Part shown: one piece after another, positions 15,071-30,252 of the stretch | Position numbering within the stretch: position 1 is the stretch's first letter | Layout: every line of letters starts with the position of its first letter | Source of the DNA: the human T2T-CHM13v2.0 reference genome, Homo sapiens | Assembly: GCF_009914755.1 (NCBI RefSeq) | Contig: NC_060929.1 | Reading direction: 5' to 3' (one strand) | Length of the DNA stretch: 64,000 nucleotides | Program-made: the position numbers and the translations under genes | Notes under the pieces: generated by a model | The model's input: only the letters and a program-made list of their open reading frames with translations | What the model was told of the DNA's origin: nothing | Database searches by the model: none

Positions 15071-15999
15071 TAGTTTGATCTTCTATCCAGACCACTGAAA
15101 CTTTCTCCATATCAGCAATAAGGCTGTTTTGCTTTTTTTTTTTTTTTTCTCATTTTTGTGTTCACTGGAGTAGCACTTCTAATTTCCTTCAAGAGTTTTT
15201 TTTTTCTTTTTTTTTTTAATTCACAATTTGGCTAACTGTTTGGAGCAAGAGACCTAACTTTCAGCATATCTCAGCTTTCAATATGCCTTCCTCGCTAAGC
15301 TTAATCATTTCTAGCTTTTGATTTAAAGTGAGAGATGTGTGACTCTTCCTTTTACTTGAACACTTAGAGGCCATTGTAGGATTCTTAATTAGCCTAATCT
15401 CAATATTGTTGAGTCTCAGGGAACAGGGAGACCTGAGGGGAGGAGGAGGAATGGGAACGGTGGGTCAGTGGAGCAGCAGAACACACACAACAATTGTCAA
15501 TTAAGTATCTTACTCGGGTGTGTTTTCTAGTGCCCCAAAACAATTACAATGGCAACATCAAAGATCACTGATCACAGATCATGATAACAGATATAATGAT
15601 CATGGAAAAGTTTGAGATATTGTGAGAATTACCAAAATATGTCACGGAGACACGAAGCAAGCATATGTTAGAAAAATGGTGCTGATAAACTTGCCACAAA
15701 CCTTCAATTTGTAAAAAGCATAATATCTGCCATGTGCAATAAAGAACTATAAAACAAGCTAGGCCTGCTGAAATGCATTGACCACTAAAAGTGTACAATA
15801 AGGCCATTTTCTAAAATAAATACTCCACAAATAATAATAAACGATTTTAAATATTCAGCAACAGTCCTCAGTTTTCTAAAGTATTTGAAGAGGGCACCAT
15901 TTTTATATCCAGGGCTGAGGATGGGCCACCAAAGAATTTAACATTTGTTCCAGATGCCCGCCTTTCCCTGCAGAGAGCACCTGCTCAGAGCTCCATCTC

Positions 16000-16156
16000 A
16001 CAGAGCTACTCAAAACGTGGCCCATGGACCAGAAAGGTTGGGAGCTTGTTAGAAATGCAGAGTCCTAGGCCCTGCTCCAGATCTATGGAATCAGAATCTG
16101 CACTTAAGCGAGGCCTGCAGGGGATCTGTGTGCTCATTACGATTCGAGAAGGGCTG
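16000..16156. mobile_element. MER5A MITE
   Basis: GGGAGCTTGTTAGAAATGCAGA...GAATCAGAATCTGCA hallmark. Confidence 0.8.
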
Positions 16157-18647
16157 TTTTAGAACATTAGAAACCAAAGCAGTTACTGCACCAGGTTATT
16201 CTCTGAGGGTGGTCAGGAAAGGCAGATTTATTCTGTCACATCCATGAAACAACTCTAAAGGGACAGTGCTCATTTGTGACATTACTCACCAGGGTAGGAG
16301 AACAGCACCTTTGTTCAAAGGCCCCCTGACACACTCCTACTCACCTAAATTAATGGCCCCAATGTGGTGGTGAACTCTTGAGGTAGGAGCAAAAAATTCA
16401 CGTGCTAATGTACCCATGGAGCTGCATGACTCCCACAGGAAGCCCAGAATTGTGCTTTCAGACTCACAAGGCCTATAAAGTAGCAAGTTGGTCTTGGTCT
16501 TTCTGGCCATGATCATAAACTTTCAACCAGCAGCCAGGTCATAACAGGGAGGCACTGGAAGGTGTAATGACAACAGGTTGTACAACATCAGTGAAGTGGA
16601 GCCAAGGACAAAGGAAGAGGCAAGGAGAGGGAGGGATGTTTTACAACTTACCGGGAATTGTGACCAGTATGATGCACAGAGTTTCAGGCTTAAGATAGGG
16701 ATGGGAAAAAGTAGAGAGGGGTTAACAACAGATGCTGATCTGTGGCTTTCATTAAATAAGTTCACATGTGTTCTTAAGGACCTTTGAATTTTGGAACATC
16801 TGTGACAATTTATGATTAGAATATTTGATGAAATGGTTTAAACTGAACAGAAAAACTTCCATACCAGAGCATTTTTATCAGATTTTTAAAAATGCACCCA
16901 AAGTCTCTATGAAACATATAAAAATAGGCTTATTTGGGTGTAATGTGAAAGTGAACCAGTCCAACTGTGCCACCAAGATCCTGCCTCTGATGATGCTTCT
17001 TTGCCCTCATTCTTCTCTGCCTTTCAGAGACCAGCCAGAAAAATCACAACATTCAACTGAATTAGCATCCTTCTACTTCCAAATCCTGTAGTGAGGAGGA
17101 CGGTTAAGTTCCACAGACAGCTGCAAAAAGACTAGAAAATGCCCTTGTGGAAAAAGGCCTGATGTGGTTTCTTAGTTTTCAAGGAGTCCATTAACATGGG
17201 GAAAGGGCTTCATGGCGTAAGACTGCCAATCCATAGTATTTATCTGAATTTTATCTTCCATATTTACTCATAGATCTTCCACTTCAAAATCCTCTTTCAA
17301 AATTTCCAGGAGAAAATATGATTCTTCTCCAAGGCCACCCCCTTCCTCCCAGGAAGAAAAGGCAGGCTTGAGGGCAGCAGCCTTGAAAGACCCCTGACTT
17401 GGCTAAGAGGAACTGAACAATGTATGACAATGTGTGACATTCGTATGGCCCTGCCCTTATAAAGCTCCTTCACATGCATCATCTCAAGTTTCTGAAGAGG
17501 TATGAATTGTGTTTAATTAAAGCCCGAGTGATGGAAGCGGACAGAAAGTTATTTCGAGGCTGTTCACACATCTTCAGCCCCTCTTATCAAGCTTTCAGAG
17601 CTCTATTCTAAAGGTTAGGGGTGTAGGAGGCAATTATGTCTCTTCTCTAGCAGCTGCCAGAGATTACTGCCGTCAGAGTGATTATCACCAAATAATTGTT
17701 CCCTTTCTTCCCTGCTGACAGGGCAGAATGGGAACAGAGACTCATCTGAAATAGATTTTGTACTTGCTGAATGCAAGTTGGATAGCTCAGGTCAATGAGC
17801 ATCCACTGAAGTATTTCAGCATCGTGCCTGTTGACCTCAGAGAAAAATTAAAATTCATCTGATACAAAAGGGAAAACCATCAAATGTCACCTGCTTGAGG
17901 TTATGCAGCTTTCTTGGAGTTGAGCAACTGTGGTTTCAGACTAGAATAAACATTTATTTTAGCCTGAAATAAATTGTCCTTTGCTGAGGATGATTCTAGA
18001 GGATAGAAACAAGAGGAGTATTTTCTGGAGCCTGAACTCTGAGACAAGTAACTGGCTTATTTCCATAGTGGTAGATATGAAAAGACTGCTCATAACCCCT
18101 CTCCTCCTGCCTGCCTTTATGACATTCACAGGGAGGTTATTAAAATCGTCCACTAGGCCTGTCTCTGGAGCAGTCACAGAATCCAAATTTTCCGATGAAC
18201 TCCTCAAAGTTGTCATGATACTGAAGATAAATAGGCTATAATGTGAGTGAAGCATGCTGCAAATTCAGTAGTGTCACCTTTCAGCCTATCTACCCAACGA
18301 AGCTCTAGACTGCTGGGAAATGAAATGTTCCACACTAACAAATATTTATGTGCAATTCTATACAGGGTGGTGAGCAAGAATAAAGTAGAGTAGGTCATCA
18401 TCATAATCTTTAATGTCTGGTAATATGAAGGGAGAAAGGTGGCCATCTCTTTTTTCTCTCTCATTGACAGAGATTTGATGTGATTTCAACCAACAAACCT
18501 GTATTATAGCCTGATGTATACCAGACATTATGCTAGAAGTTATGGGAACAGGGAGGATCCTGAGGTAACAAAGACAAGGTCTCTGCCCTCAGATGAGTTC
18601 ACAGTGTGGCTCTTCCCTTTTTTCTAAAAGAGCCAGAATGATAATGA

Positions 18648-18880
18648 GACTTCTGAATCAGAAGAGTCATGGGATCGAAGTTTGAGATTTGGCTTCTCCA
18701 CTTGCTAGCTTTTGACTTTGGGCAGGTCACTAGCCTCTCCATGCCTCAGTTTCTCTCTCTACAAACTGAGGATAAGGGTACTCCAGTAACCTACCTCAAA
18801 AGATTGTTGTAAAGACCAAATGAAATTGAACAAGCAAAATCTCTTTCTAAATGGCAGAGCATCGTGCGAATATGATCTTA
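18648..18880 (+). mobile_element. MIR
   Basis: CACTTGCTAGC...TTGGGCAGGTCACT...GCCTCAGTTTC...CCTACCTCA...GTTGT core. Confidence 0.7.
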
Positions 18881-19385
18881 TAATTATGAGTCACAGCAAA
18901 AGAGCGATTAGATTCCTAACAATGATACCTTCTACATAAACAATAACCTTGCCCAGCAACTGCCATCTTCTAAATCCCCTAAAAATCAGCACATGAGAAA
19001 GGCAGACTGGCTTTCCTTCAAAGGTAGGGGTGTGTTATAAAAAACATTTGTGTGACCCTAGCACCAAGAGCATAGCAAGTACTCAATAAATGCTGAAAAA
19101 TTGGAGTTAGTCTGAGACTCCACAGTCAGATTAGAGAAAACAGAACCAAAGGGGCTACTCTGAAAGCAGGGGGTCAAACCATACATCTTAGTGGTCACAA
19201 ATTAGTCCATTTGTTTTCGTATGTAATGTCAATATGTCAGTAGTAATGGTAAATGTTGCAATGATTTACCATAGACCACAATCATAAGGGATTCCTCTAC
19301 CCCTTCTCCCTGCCCACTATCACCACAAGATTTTTCGCTAGTAGCTTTTATTGTTGATCAAGTTTCACTTTGACTGCAAAAGTCA

Positions 19386-19885
<500 letters not shown>

Positions 19886-21420
19886 TTAGGCAAATAGTTT
19901 AAATTCATTCATCTACATTTTCCAAATCTATAAAACATATGTGCCACCTTTCTCGCACACACTTACTTACACACAACAACAACAACAACAAAAATAAACA
20001 TCTCTAGAAGCCATGAGGGTTTGTTTTTTTTTTAAGATCTTATTTGTTCATTTAGGCCAATACCAAAATTGAGCGGGGGGAAGGGTGGGGAGCTGAGCTG
20101 GAGAAATGGTACAAGAGCCAAGCTAAGGGCAGTTGGAAGCTGGCCCATGAATAAAATTCCCTGCGTGCAGCTGTAAAACATACACCTGTCCTTCAGGGAC
20201 TGAGTTCAGGATAACCAAACATTCCTTATAATAAGTCTGCACACTCTGCTGTGCCAACAGAGAAGACCAATTATATGTGTGAGACGATCTGCCATGAACT
20301 ACTTGGTCTCTGCTGGCCATTTTAGTACTAAAATGTATGACAGCACTAAGCAAAACTCCCAAAGTGCAGAAAGCTGGGGGCTGGGGCAGATCAGGTCAAA
20401 CATGTCGCCTACACAGGCCCCTCAGTCTCCTTCCTCAAGCCAAGCTTCCACTCTTCCCCCCGCCCCGGGCCACTCTCTGCAGGACAGGGTGTTCAGAAAT
20501 TGCTTGAAAAGGGAGAATTATCTTGAAACCAAAGACATTCATTTAGACTTGAACAAAGGTGGTTGTTTGAGGGAATACTAGGGAAAAAACAACTTAGAAG
20601 AAGGGAAAGGAGGCATATAGATGGAAGTTAAGTCAGACTCCACATAGTTTCAATTAATATGATTTTTGGAAAGGCTCTTACATCCTCATTTCTGTGGAGG
20701 CCGACTTGGCCAAAGTGCTGAACCAAAGTTTTGCCATATAGAACACAGCCACACAAACAGGCCCCTCCTAGTCAATCACTGAATCCAGCCTCTCCAGACT
20801 CAACAATCTGACTTAGGATCTCAGAATTCCAGGAAATACTAGGGATGGCTTGGCTGCCTCCTTGGTTATAGGTGAGGAAACAGGCGAATGGTGAAATGAC
20901 TTAACCAAAGTTCCCAGAGCTGGCACATTTATAGCTGAGATCTCCCAATACTGTTGTCTTACTCCTGCACGCAAAAATTAGTGGATGTTTTGTTCTTTTT
21001 TTGTCTTTCAAAGGACTTGGTTTCATTGTTAAAAGAAACCTCACTGCAAGTTACCAAGCTGTCAAACCCTGAGGCGGGATGAGCCACTATTTTTCAAATC
21101 CGTGCACCAGTAGTGCTTCTGTGACATCACCCAACACAGAATATCTTAAAATCGATTTCAGGAATGGATCTCGTAACCAAAAAACAGCTTGTTCAGAAAG
21201 GGGCACCTATGCACGTAGCAGATGCCTTCTATCTGGTCTCCATCTTCTATCAGGTCTCCCTTTCTCTCTCTTTATTACTGCCCCCCACCTCTGGGAAACT
21301 GCCACACCCAGCCACTAAGACCAAGACTTTGCGCACTAAGACTGTGTCGACAGATAAGCAGAAAAGTACAGCACTAGTTTCATCTAGTGTTCTGCCCTGT
21401 GTTTCAGTTGAGAGAAATTT

Positions 21421-21472
21421 CACACATATACACAGACACAGACACACACACACATACTCTCTCTCTCTCTCT
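21421..21472. repeat. (CA)n(CT)n compound microsatellite
   Basis: Read directly. Confidence 0.85.
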
Positions 21473-22075
21473 TCCTAAGAAATGAATATAGAGCAGCTAA
21501 AACCAGATAAGTTCTAGATCCCTGAGGCTTGAGACCCAAGCCTGAGACTGTTCTTAATTGGCCTCATTGACAGCAGATGCCCAGCTCCTCTGCCCCACTC
21601 TCTAGGATCCTGCACAGATGTGGCCAAATTCTTCCCCACCAAACCAGCTTTAGACTCTCCTGGGCCTGGCGATCCATGCCTTCTTCTTCACCCCTCTCCT
21701 GAAGATTCCTGTGACTATGGGTCTGGAAGCCCTTTCTGCCAAGACACCACTTTCCTCTTCTGGTCTCATTTGGTTTGTCTGACCCTTGGCTGGTTCTAAT
21801 CCTTGGTGGATTCCTTCACATACTGCTCTAAGCTTGCCCTTTGACTGCATTACCTCGAGCCTTTCTACAAGGCACCAGCTCTATTTCCTGGCCAGAAGTA
21901 GAAATTCCCTCCCCCGCTGCGCAGAAGTCCCACTCACAGAATTCGGCTTCATTGCTTCTCTGCCTCTCCAGCTCCATTCCTCGAAGAGCAGAGATGACAA
22001 GATGTAGGTTCTGTGTATGCATCCATGTTCTCATTGATGGCTCAGCCAGCATCTCTAAAGTTTTTTTTAATGATT

Positions 22076-22861
<786 letters not shown>

Positions 22862-25059
22862 AAAGTGGTTGTTGCCACCCCTCAGAATCCCCCTCTCTGT
22901 GTGATCTTCCAGATTCAATGTAATACGTACTGAATGCTGCCAAATATAATGTACCAGACTAGACTCAGGTAATCACAAAGATGTGTAAGACAGAGTTCTT
23001 CTCCACACAGAACTTTCAATTTGATGTAAGAGACAAACAGAAATAAAAGTCTTTATAGAAAAGTAAGTCTTTATAGAATAAAGAAGAATATGAGAAGGGC
23101 TGTATTAGAGCCATGAATCACTGGCTGTGAGAGCTGCGGGAAGATGAGATTAATTTTGACTAGAGGGAGAAGGCTATCAGGGCAGTTTTCCAAAGCTAAA
23201 ATATTTTAAACATATGCTAAATCGACAGACATCCAATTCCCACCAAGAGCAAAAGAATAAACATTCTTTCGCAGGGCCCTAAAGCCAGAAAGCAGTGAAA
23301 GAATTAGAACCATTTTATCTCAATTCACAAAAGGAAATAAGTGACATCTTTCAGTATCACCCCATCTTCTAGATGCAACGTTTAAAACCAAGTCACAAGA
23401 GCAAGATGTTCTTCCTGCTCCACGTTCAACTATGCATTTGAAATCTGTTCTCATTTGTCGAAATGAGCAATTAATTAACAGTCTTTGTGAAGTTCTCAGA
23501 CTCAACAAGTGTGCCCCTCTCCTGCTGCCTCTGCCACAGGCAGCCACTTTGCATGTCCCTGCTTTTGAAAGACAACTTAGGAATGAAGCTAAACGAGACA
23601 TCAGCAGTTTTCCAAATCCAGGTGAAGAAAGTGAATGACTTCAGCATGAAAGACAGGGCTGGGGCGACAGGGGAGAGCAGGAGACGGATGAGTCAGCCCA
23701 TGTTCGTGGAAAGCTGGGGTTTGTTGGAAGAATCTCAAGCTTTCATTTTGTGGTGTTTGGAAGCTTAATTCCCAGCTTCTAATTAAACATATAAACTGTA
23801 ATCACAAAGGTATTTCACAAGTAGTTCCTTGGATGTGGCAGGGGTTCTAAGAACCAATTTGAGATGCAGGGAGGAGCGGGAAAGGCGTGGAGAGGAAGCA
23901 GGCCTGGGAGTGAGAGTGTACTGGGCTTCAGGAAGCTACCTGCTGAGGAGGTGCTGGGGACCCCACACCTGAGCTCCACACTGGAGGGATGCAGACAGAG
24001 AGGATGGGGATGGAGCCGTGCAGTGGGGCCTTTTTGTTCTTCTTGCCCAGGTCCTTCTCTCCTGCCTCTCTGGCTGCCCGGCTCCAAGTCAGAGACTTGA
24101 ATATGCAGCTGGAAGTTTGGGTATTGGCAAGAAATAGCAACTGCACCCCACCTCACCATTCAAGTTCATATGTGGCCCTGCCCCTGCCACCCTCTCAGAA
24201 AGGAGATGCTAACGGGCAATGACAAGGAGGAAGTTATGGCACAATGGCAGACTTAAAGTGCCCAGTCATGCTATTACTGCACTCAGCTGAGAATTCTGCA
24301 GGGGCGGGGAGCGGGGGATGGAAACCCCTGGGCTTCTCTCGTTTTGTCCCCTGCAGAGTGACTCTGCAGCATTATAATATCTGCCCCAGCCAAAACACAA
24401 CCGCTCTCCTGCCAGAAGGGAGATTTTTGCCAGATGCAAATCACATGCTGGCCAGAAGCACCAAGGCCCTGGGAAGAAGTGTGTGTTTTCTGGTGGGGAG
24501 AAGAATGTGGTATTCAGAAGTCCAACTCAAGGAGATATATAGATCTTGAGCCCTTCACCCAAGGTTGCTCTGTGACTCCACTGCCTAGCATGGTTTAACA
24601 ACCATACAGCTTAACCATAATAGAGACAAGTTCTAGATCAGTGGCACTTGATCCCCCAAGCGGAAACGTTCCAGATCACTGGAGTTTGAGATCCCAGTCT
24701 AGCCTGTCTCCTTTTCTCTGCTCACAAGACATTTTATGGATAAGAGCAGGAATGAAACCATAATACGTATGATTTATTGAGGGTCTCAAATGTGCCTGCT
24801 GATGCAGAGTCATAATCTCCTCTCACAGCAACACTGAAAAGTAAGTCTTGTCATCCTCCAGTTTATAGTTGGGCTCAGTGGTCAAGATTGATTTGTTAAA
24901 GTTTCTATCACTTTGAATTCACCCCTAATCATACAGCTAATAGTACTGAAGCCATCTCTGAATTGAGCTGTGACTGACTGCAAAGGCTTTCTTGTTTCCA
25001 GGCCAACATACCATCTCTTCCTGACTTGGAGCACAATCCATTAAATATTCAGACATGTA

Positions 25060-25300
25060 TGTGTGGAAAGCAGTGGCGAGGTTGGCTGTCAGCCAGACAT
25101 GAATTTGGTTCCACACTCTGCCATGGGAATTTGGGCAAGTTATTTACCTTTTTGAGACTCAGTTTCCCCATATATAAAATGGGAAAGAGACTATTACTAC
25201 CTACCTCTTAAGGCTGTTAAAAAGAATAAATGAAGTGATGTCTGTAAAACACATAGCACAATGCCTGGCACATAGTCATGCTTGATAAATGTTTATGATT
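25060..25300 (+). mobile_element. MIR
   Basis: TTGGGCAAGTTATTTACC...CTCAGTTTCCCCATATATAAAATGGG...GCCTGGCACATAG. Confidence 0.8.
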
Positions 25301-25433
25301 GTCGCTTTTAGTGTCCCCAAGATCCCCAAGAGATCCCCAAGAAGGCTTTTTAAAAAAACTTGAGTATACAGAATTAGATTAATTATAATCTTTGATTTAT
25401 GATGTATTCTCATTATTGATCCGTGAGTGGTCC

Positions 25434-25509
25434 TTCTTATTAATGTATTCTTATTAATGTATTTATTTCTTATTAATGTATTTCTTATTAATGTCCTTCT
25501 TATTAATGT
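25434..25509. repeat. Minisatellite: five copies of TTCTTATTAATGT
   Basis: Perfect 13-mers starting at 25434, 25448, 25467, 25482 and 25497. Confidence 0.9.
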
Positions 25510-25789
25510 ATTCATTTTATGCTAAATATCCACAAAATTACCACTCAACATGAAAACTATACCATTGACAATAACTTACAGTTTTTATATATAGAAGGGA
25601 TTTCACAGTTCTAAAATATGTATTCTTGCATATACCATAGCTATATTCTAGGTATTAGCATGTTGAATGAATGTACTCAATGTTCATTGAATAAAGGAAT
25701 CAATACATGCAATAATTCATCAATAATAACTTGTATTTAGGGACCAGAAAACAGACACCACACTCTGAAGTGAAATGTGAGATTACAAG

Positions 25790-26875
25790 GTAGGGTTTGC
25801 AAAGGCAGTATCTACAAACCAGGCTTTAGTCATGATTAGCCATTTGCCACATTCGGAGTACACCCTATTAAATTAAAAAGTGAAAGGGCACTAAATAGAA
25901 TAAGATTTTTGGAGAGAACTATGGGTGTGCTGAGAGTCCCACTCCCACCCATGGGGTAAGCGTTGTGGGTGCTTTTCCTTTATCTGAAATCAAGGGAAGC
26001 TGGCATAAATGGTCCACTCTAATAGGTGTGGACTGAAAATGGGGTCACAGTGGTCGGGTGTCTGTCTCATGCATAAACCACGTAAAGGGTGAGTAGTAAG
26101 GGCTAGCAGGCTACCTCTCCAGTGGAATAAAAGAGGGATGGCTGCACTGTGATCAGACAGTTCACCCAGAGGCAGTCAGAGTAGAGAAAGCTTGAGTGTT
26201 TCCCATAGATCAGATATCAGCCACAGAGAAGAGACGGCAGGCTGAGATCACCTTGGATCCTAAACAAGAGGACTGTCTGGAGAGGCAAACAGATCCCCCA
26301 TGCCTTTGGTGGCAAACCACCAGCACCCCCAAGGTGAGAAACTTTATGCCACCAGCAAGAGAACCACATGAGCTATCCCCATATGGGCAGACTATACCTG
26401 AAGAACTTGCCAAATTCTCTGGTAGAGCCAGCCTTAAACACACGTAGGCTCTGAGATGACTCACAATGGGATTGTCAAGTCAGAATGGTCCTACCTCTGC
26501 ACTCCTCCCCTTCCTTTGCTTCAACCCAGTAGGGGCCCAAGGCAACCTAGAGAGTGAATGAGAAGGCAGAAAAAAATCAAGGCAGTAAGATGGAGAAGCC
26601 AGTCCTCTCTCCTCCACTGCAGGTCTGGGCTTGGGGTGGGGTAGCAGTGATAGAAACTTTAACTTCAAAATAAGTGTACATTTGTATTACTACATTTGAC
26701 TGGACATAATAATAACTAAACTGAGACTGTTTTTCTGACTAGCAGTGACAGACCACTATCTGTTGCCTGAGAGGGGCCAGCCACCAGGATAAATTTGAAG
26801 AGGCAGTTTGGGAAAGGAAAGTAGCTGTGCTCTGCTTAAACTCTGTGAGTTCCACTTGCTGAGAGTGACAGTTAT
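25790..26875 (+). mobile_element. Ancient long LTR, LTR78-like
   Basis: 3' part (GACTGGAC...TGAGACTGTTTT...ATAAATTTGAAGAGGCAG...GAGTTCCACTTG) resembles the LTR78 3' end; 5' boundary uncertain. Confidence 0.45.
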
Positions 26876-26949
26876 AGGGTCTCAACTGAGATCCTGTAAG
26901 AATTAAGATACAGTGCTACAAATGTACAGTGGGCACATAAAAATTTTTC

Positions 26950-28300
26950 AGACCCATTTATAATGAAAACTATAAAACATTGGTGAAATAACTTGAAAAA
27001 GATACCAAATATATTAGTTCATTTTCACACTGCTGATAAAGACACACCTGAAACTGGGAACAAAAACAGGTTTAATTGGACTTATAGTTCCACATGACTG
27101 AGGAGGCCTCAGAAGCATGGCAGGAGGTGAAAAGCACTACTTACATGGAGGTGGCAAGAGAAAAATGAAGAGGAAGCAAAAGCAGAAACTCCTGATAAAC
27201 CATCAGATCTCGTGAGACTTATTCACTATCATGAGAACAGCATGGGAAAGACTGGCCCCCATGATTCAATGACTTCCTCCAGGTCCCTCCCACAACACAT
27301 GGGAATTCTGGGAGATACAATTCAAGTTGAGATTTGAGTGGGGACACAGCCAAACCATATTACCAAAAAATGAAAAGATACTCCATGTTCATGGATTAGA
27401 AGAATCAATATTGTTAGACTGTCCATACTAACCAAAGCAATCTACATATTCAGTGCAACCCCAATCAAAATACCAATGACATTCTTCACAGAAATAGAAG
27501 AAACTACCCTAAAATTTATATGGAACCACAGAAGACCCAGAATAGTCAAAGCTGTCCTAAGCAAAAAGAACAAAACTGGAGAAATCACATTATCTGACTT
27601 CAAATTATACTACAGAGCTATAGTAACCAAAACAGCATGGTACTGGCATAAAAACAGACACATAGACCAATGGAACAGAACGGAGGACCAAGAAACAAAT
27701 CCACACACCTAAAGTGAACTCATTTCCTACAAAGACACATATACACAATGAGTACTATTCAGCCATAAAAAAGAACAAGATCCAGTCATTTGCAACAATG
27801 TGAATGTAACTGAAGGTCATTATGTTAAGTGAAATAAGCCAGGCACAGAAAGACAATAGTGTGTGTTCTCACTTATTTGTGGGATCTAAAAATCAGACAA
27901 TTGAACTCATGGAGATGGAGAGTGGAAGGATGGTTACTAGAGGCCAGGACATATAGTAAGTGGGTGAGGAGGAGGTGGGGATGGGATGGTTAATGGCTAC
28001 AGAAAATATTTAGAAAGAATGAATAAGACCCACTATTTGATAGCACAACAGGGTGACTATAGTCAATAAAAGTTTAATTGTACATTTAAAAATAACTAAA
28101 AGAGTATAATTGGACTGTTGGTAACACAAAGGATAAATGCCTGAGGGGATGGATATTCCATTCTCCATGATGTGATTATTATTCACTGTATGTCTGTATC
28201 AAAACATCTCATGTAATCCATAAAAATACACACCTACTGTATACCAACGAAAATTAAAAACTAAAAAAAAAACAAAAAAACAACAACAACAAAAAAACAA
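26950..28300 (+). mobile_element. 5'-truncated L1MA (L1MA2-like) with a THE1 insertion and an internal deletion
   Basis: ORF 27476-27712 ([67 protein letters not shown]) is L1 ORF2; L1MA-type 3'UTR and A-rich tail follow. Confidence 0.9.
27010..27362 (-). mobile_element. THE1C-like MaLR solo LTR
   Basis: THE1 termini; 5-bp TSD CCAAA at 27005-27009 and 27363-27367. Confidence 0.9.
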
Positions 28301-28809
28301 CAAACTGACCCAAAATGGATTAGGAAACCTACTTTGGATCCCTTCTTCTCCATCAAGGGTCTCCATCCAGGTCAACTCAGGGCTTGATTTGTAACCAGAA
28401 AATGCTACAAGAGCCTCGAGATTTTCTCCAAAGGAGTCATCCCTGAGATGCTCATTAATCACTGAAAACAAGTAGTTGTTTCATGCCAAGGCTGGGAGCA
28501 ATCTGTTCCTAAGCAGTCCTCTCATCTCTCTGATCTTCCAGGAAAGAGCGTAGCAATGGTCCATCCTTTGGGGATGCAAGCCCTGTCCCATTCACAGTTT
28601 GAGGGAATTGCTGCCTACTTCTATGCCTCCAAGCACAGCTGTCTATTCCTCCCCTTCCAGAATTATGCCACAATATCTCCCCTCTGTGAGCCCTTAGGGA
28701 CACATCTGGACTCTTCGTCCAGGGTTTGCACCTGGAGGAATAGTCTGTGTAGCAAATTCTGCCATGTTCCACCCAGATCTGTGTGTTAGTCCCTCAGCTT
28801 TGCATCCTT

Positions 28810-28965
28810 CTGCTAAGGGATGGGAGTTCACCTGAAATCACACCACTGCTTGGTTTCCCTTCTTACTTGCTTGCTTCCCCACTTCCTTCCTGGTTTCTTC
28901 TTAGAACACTTTACTACTAAATAACTTGTATACTGGGTGTGATTCTAGCAACCCAACCTAAAACA
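28810..28965 (+). mobile_element. LTR16-like ERVL LTR 3' fragment
   Basis: CACCTGAAATCACACC...TGCTTCCCCACTTCC...AACCCAACCTAAAACA terminus. Confidence 0.4.
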
Positions 28966-30039
28966 AGTTGTTAGACCTACTCAGCTTTACCACACTGGCT
29001 CACCTTCTGATTTTGTGCTATAAAACTAACTGGTCTCTAAGCAGCACTCAAAGAGGACAAGAATGCAGGTCTCAGGCATGAGTAGCTGGAATATAATCTC
29101 CGCATAAGGCACCCCAAATCTCAAAATACTACACCTCTCAAGCGGTGACTTCTTAAGCACTCTTTATAAATATAAGGACATTAGTCGCAAACAAACATTT
29201 ATTCAAATTTGTTTTTACTCTTCCCCTTTGTTTTTCAATCTATTTTGACTGCCATTCTCCTCTAGTATCTGAAGAGACTGAATAAACAGTCCACTTGAAA
29301 GCAGGCATACTGAATATCTATTGAAAGTTAAGAGACCATACAGGTAAGAGTCAAAATATGCCTAAAATGAAACTCTTAGTGAAATTCAATACCTATTTCT
29401 TTATATGGAATGGTGTAAAGCTAAGTTGATTGAATCATATAATAAAGTAATAGTCAACAGAAAAATCAATAGAGGTACATTATGCACCCATTTAAAGGAC
29501 TTTAGCCTATAAAAAAGACCTATACCACAGAACTTTTAGTTATGAAACAGACAGAGAGACAGCAGCTCCTTAGAAATCTACAAGTGGAGGCTCTAATTCC
29601 TGGAGGGGTTGCACCAATTTGGATGCAACTGCTTCTTCCCCATTTGGAGCACACTGATGAGCCACAAAGAACCCAGTAGGCTCCCTCTTGATCGCCTAGG
29701 ACAGTCAGCCATGATTGTCTTCTCACTTTGCACAAAGGGCAGTGTGGCAACTGGCCACTTTATAGGGAGAAACATGGTGACAGCCTCTCACAGTTCTCCA
29801 TTTAGTCTGAGCCTCCTTCTCCCAAGCTGCTCACCACTACGAGCCCACATCAGTAAATACCCAAATTTACTTTTATTGGCCCCTTCTCTGCACCACCTGG
29901 ATTAGAAATAGTGGTCAGGCAAGTTTTGAGAAAGACTTCAGTTCCAAGAGTTGAAACCATGGGGAAAGGTTTTACATATATTTTCATCTACTGGGAGAAG
30001 CATCAGCTGAAGAAGATTGAGAGGCAAAACTGCTCAGAA

Positions 30040-30252
30040 GGTGCTAGAGACAGACTGCCAGTTTAAATCCTACACCTGCAACAGGACATCCTGGGTCAAA
30101 GTTCTTCAACTCTACATGCCTCCTTTTCCTCCTTTGTCAAATTAGGATGATAATATTTACCTCAAAGGGTTGCTGGGAGGATTAAAAGAGTTAATACTTT
30201 TAAAAGTGCTTAGATGAGCACCTAACACATAGTAAACACTCACTAAATATAA
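30040..30252 (+). mobile_element. MIR
   Basis: GATAATATTTACCTCAAAGGGTTGCTGGGAGGATTAAAAGAGTTAATAC...GTGCTTAG. Confidence 0.75.

Noticed and set aside
25434-25509. Identical repeats with variable spacers, superficially CRISPR-like
   Set aside because: 13-bp units with 1-6 nt spacers in a primate genome with no cas genes; it is a minisatellite.
27476-27712. 78-aa ORF with [14 protein letters not shown]
   Set aside because: L1 ORF2 fragment in a truncated, internally deleted L1MA.
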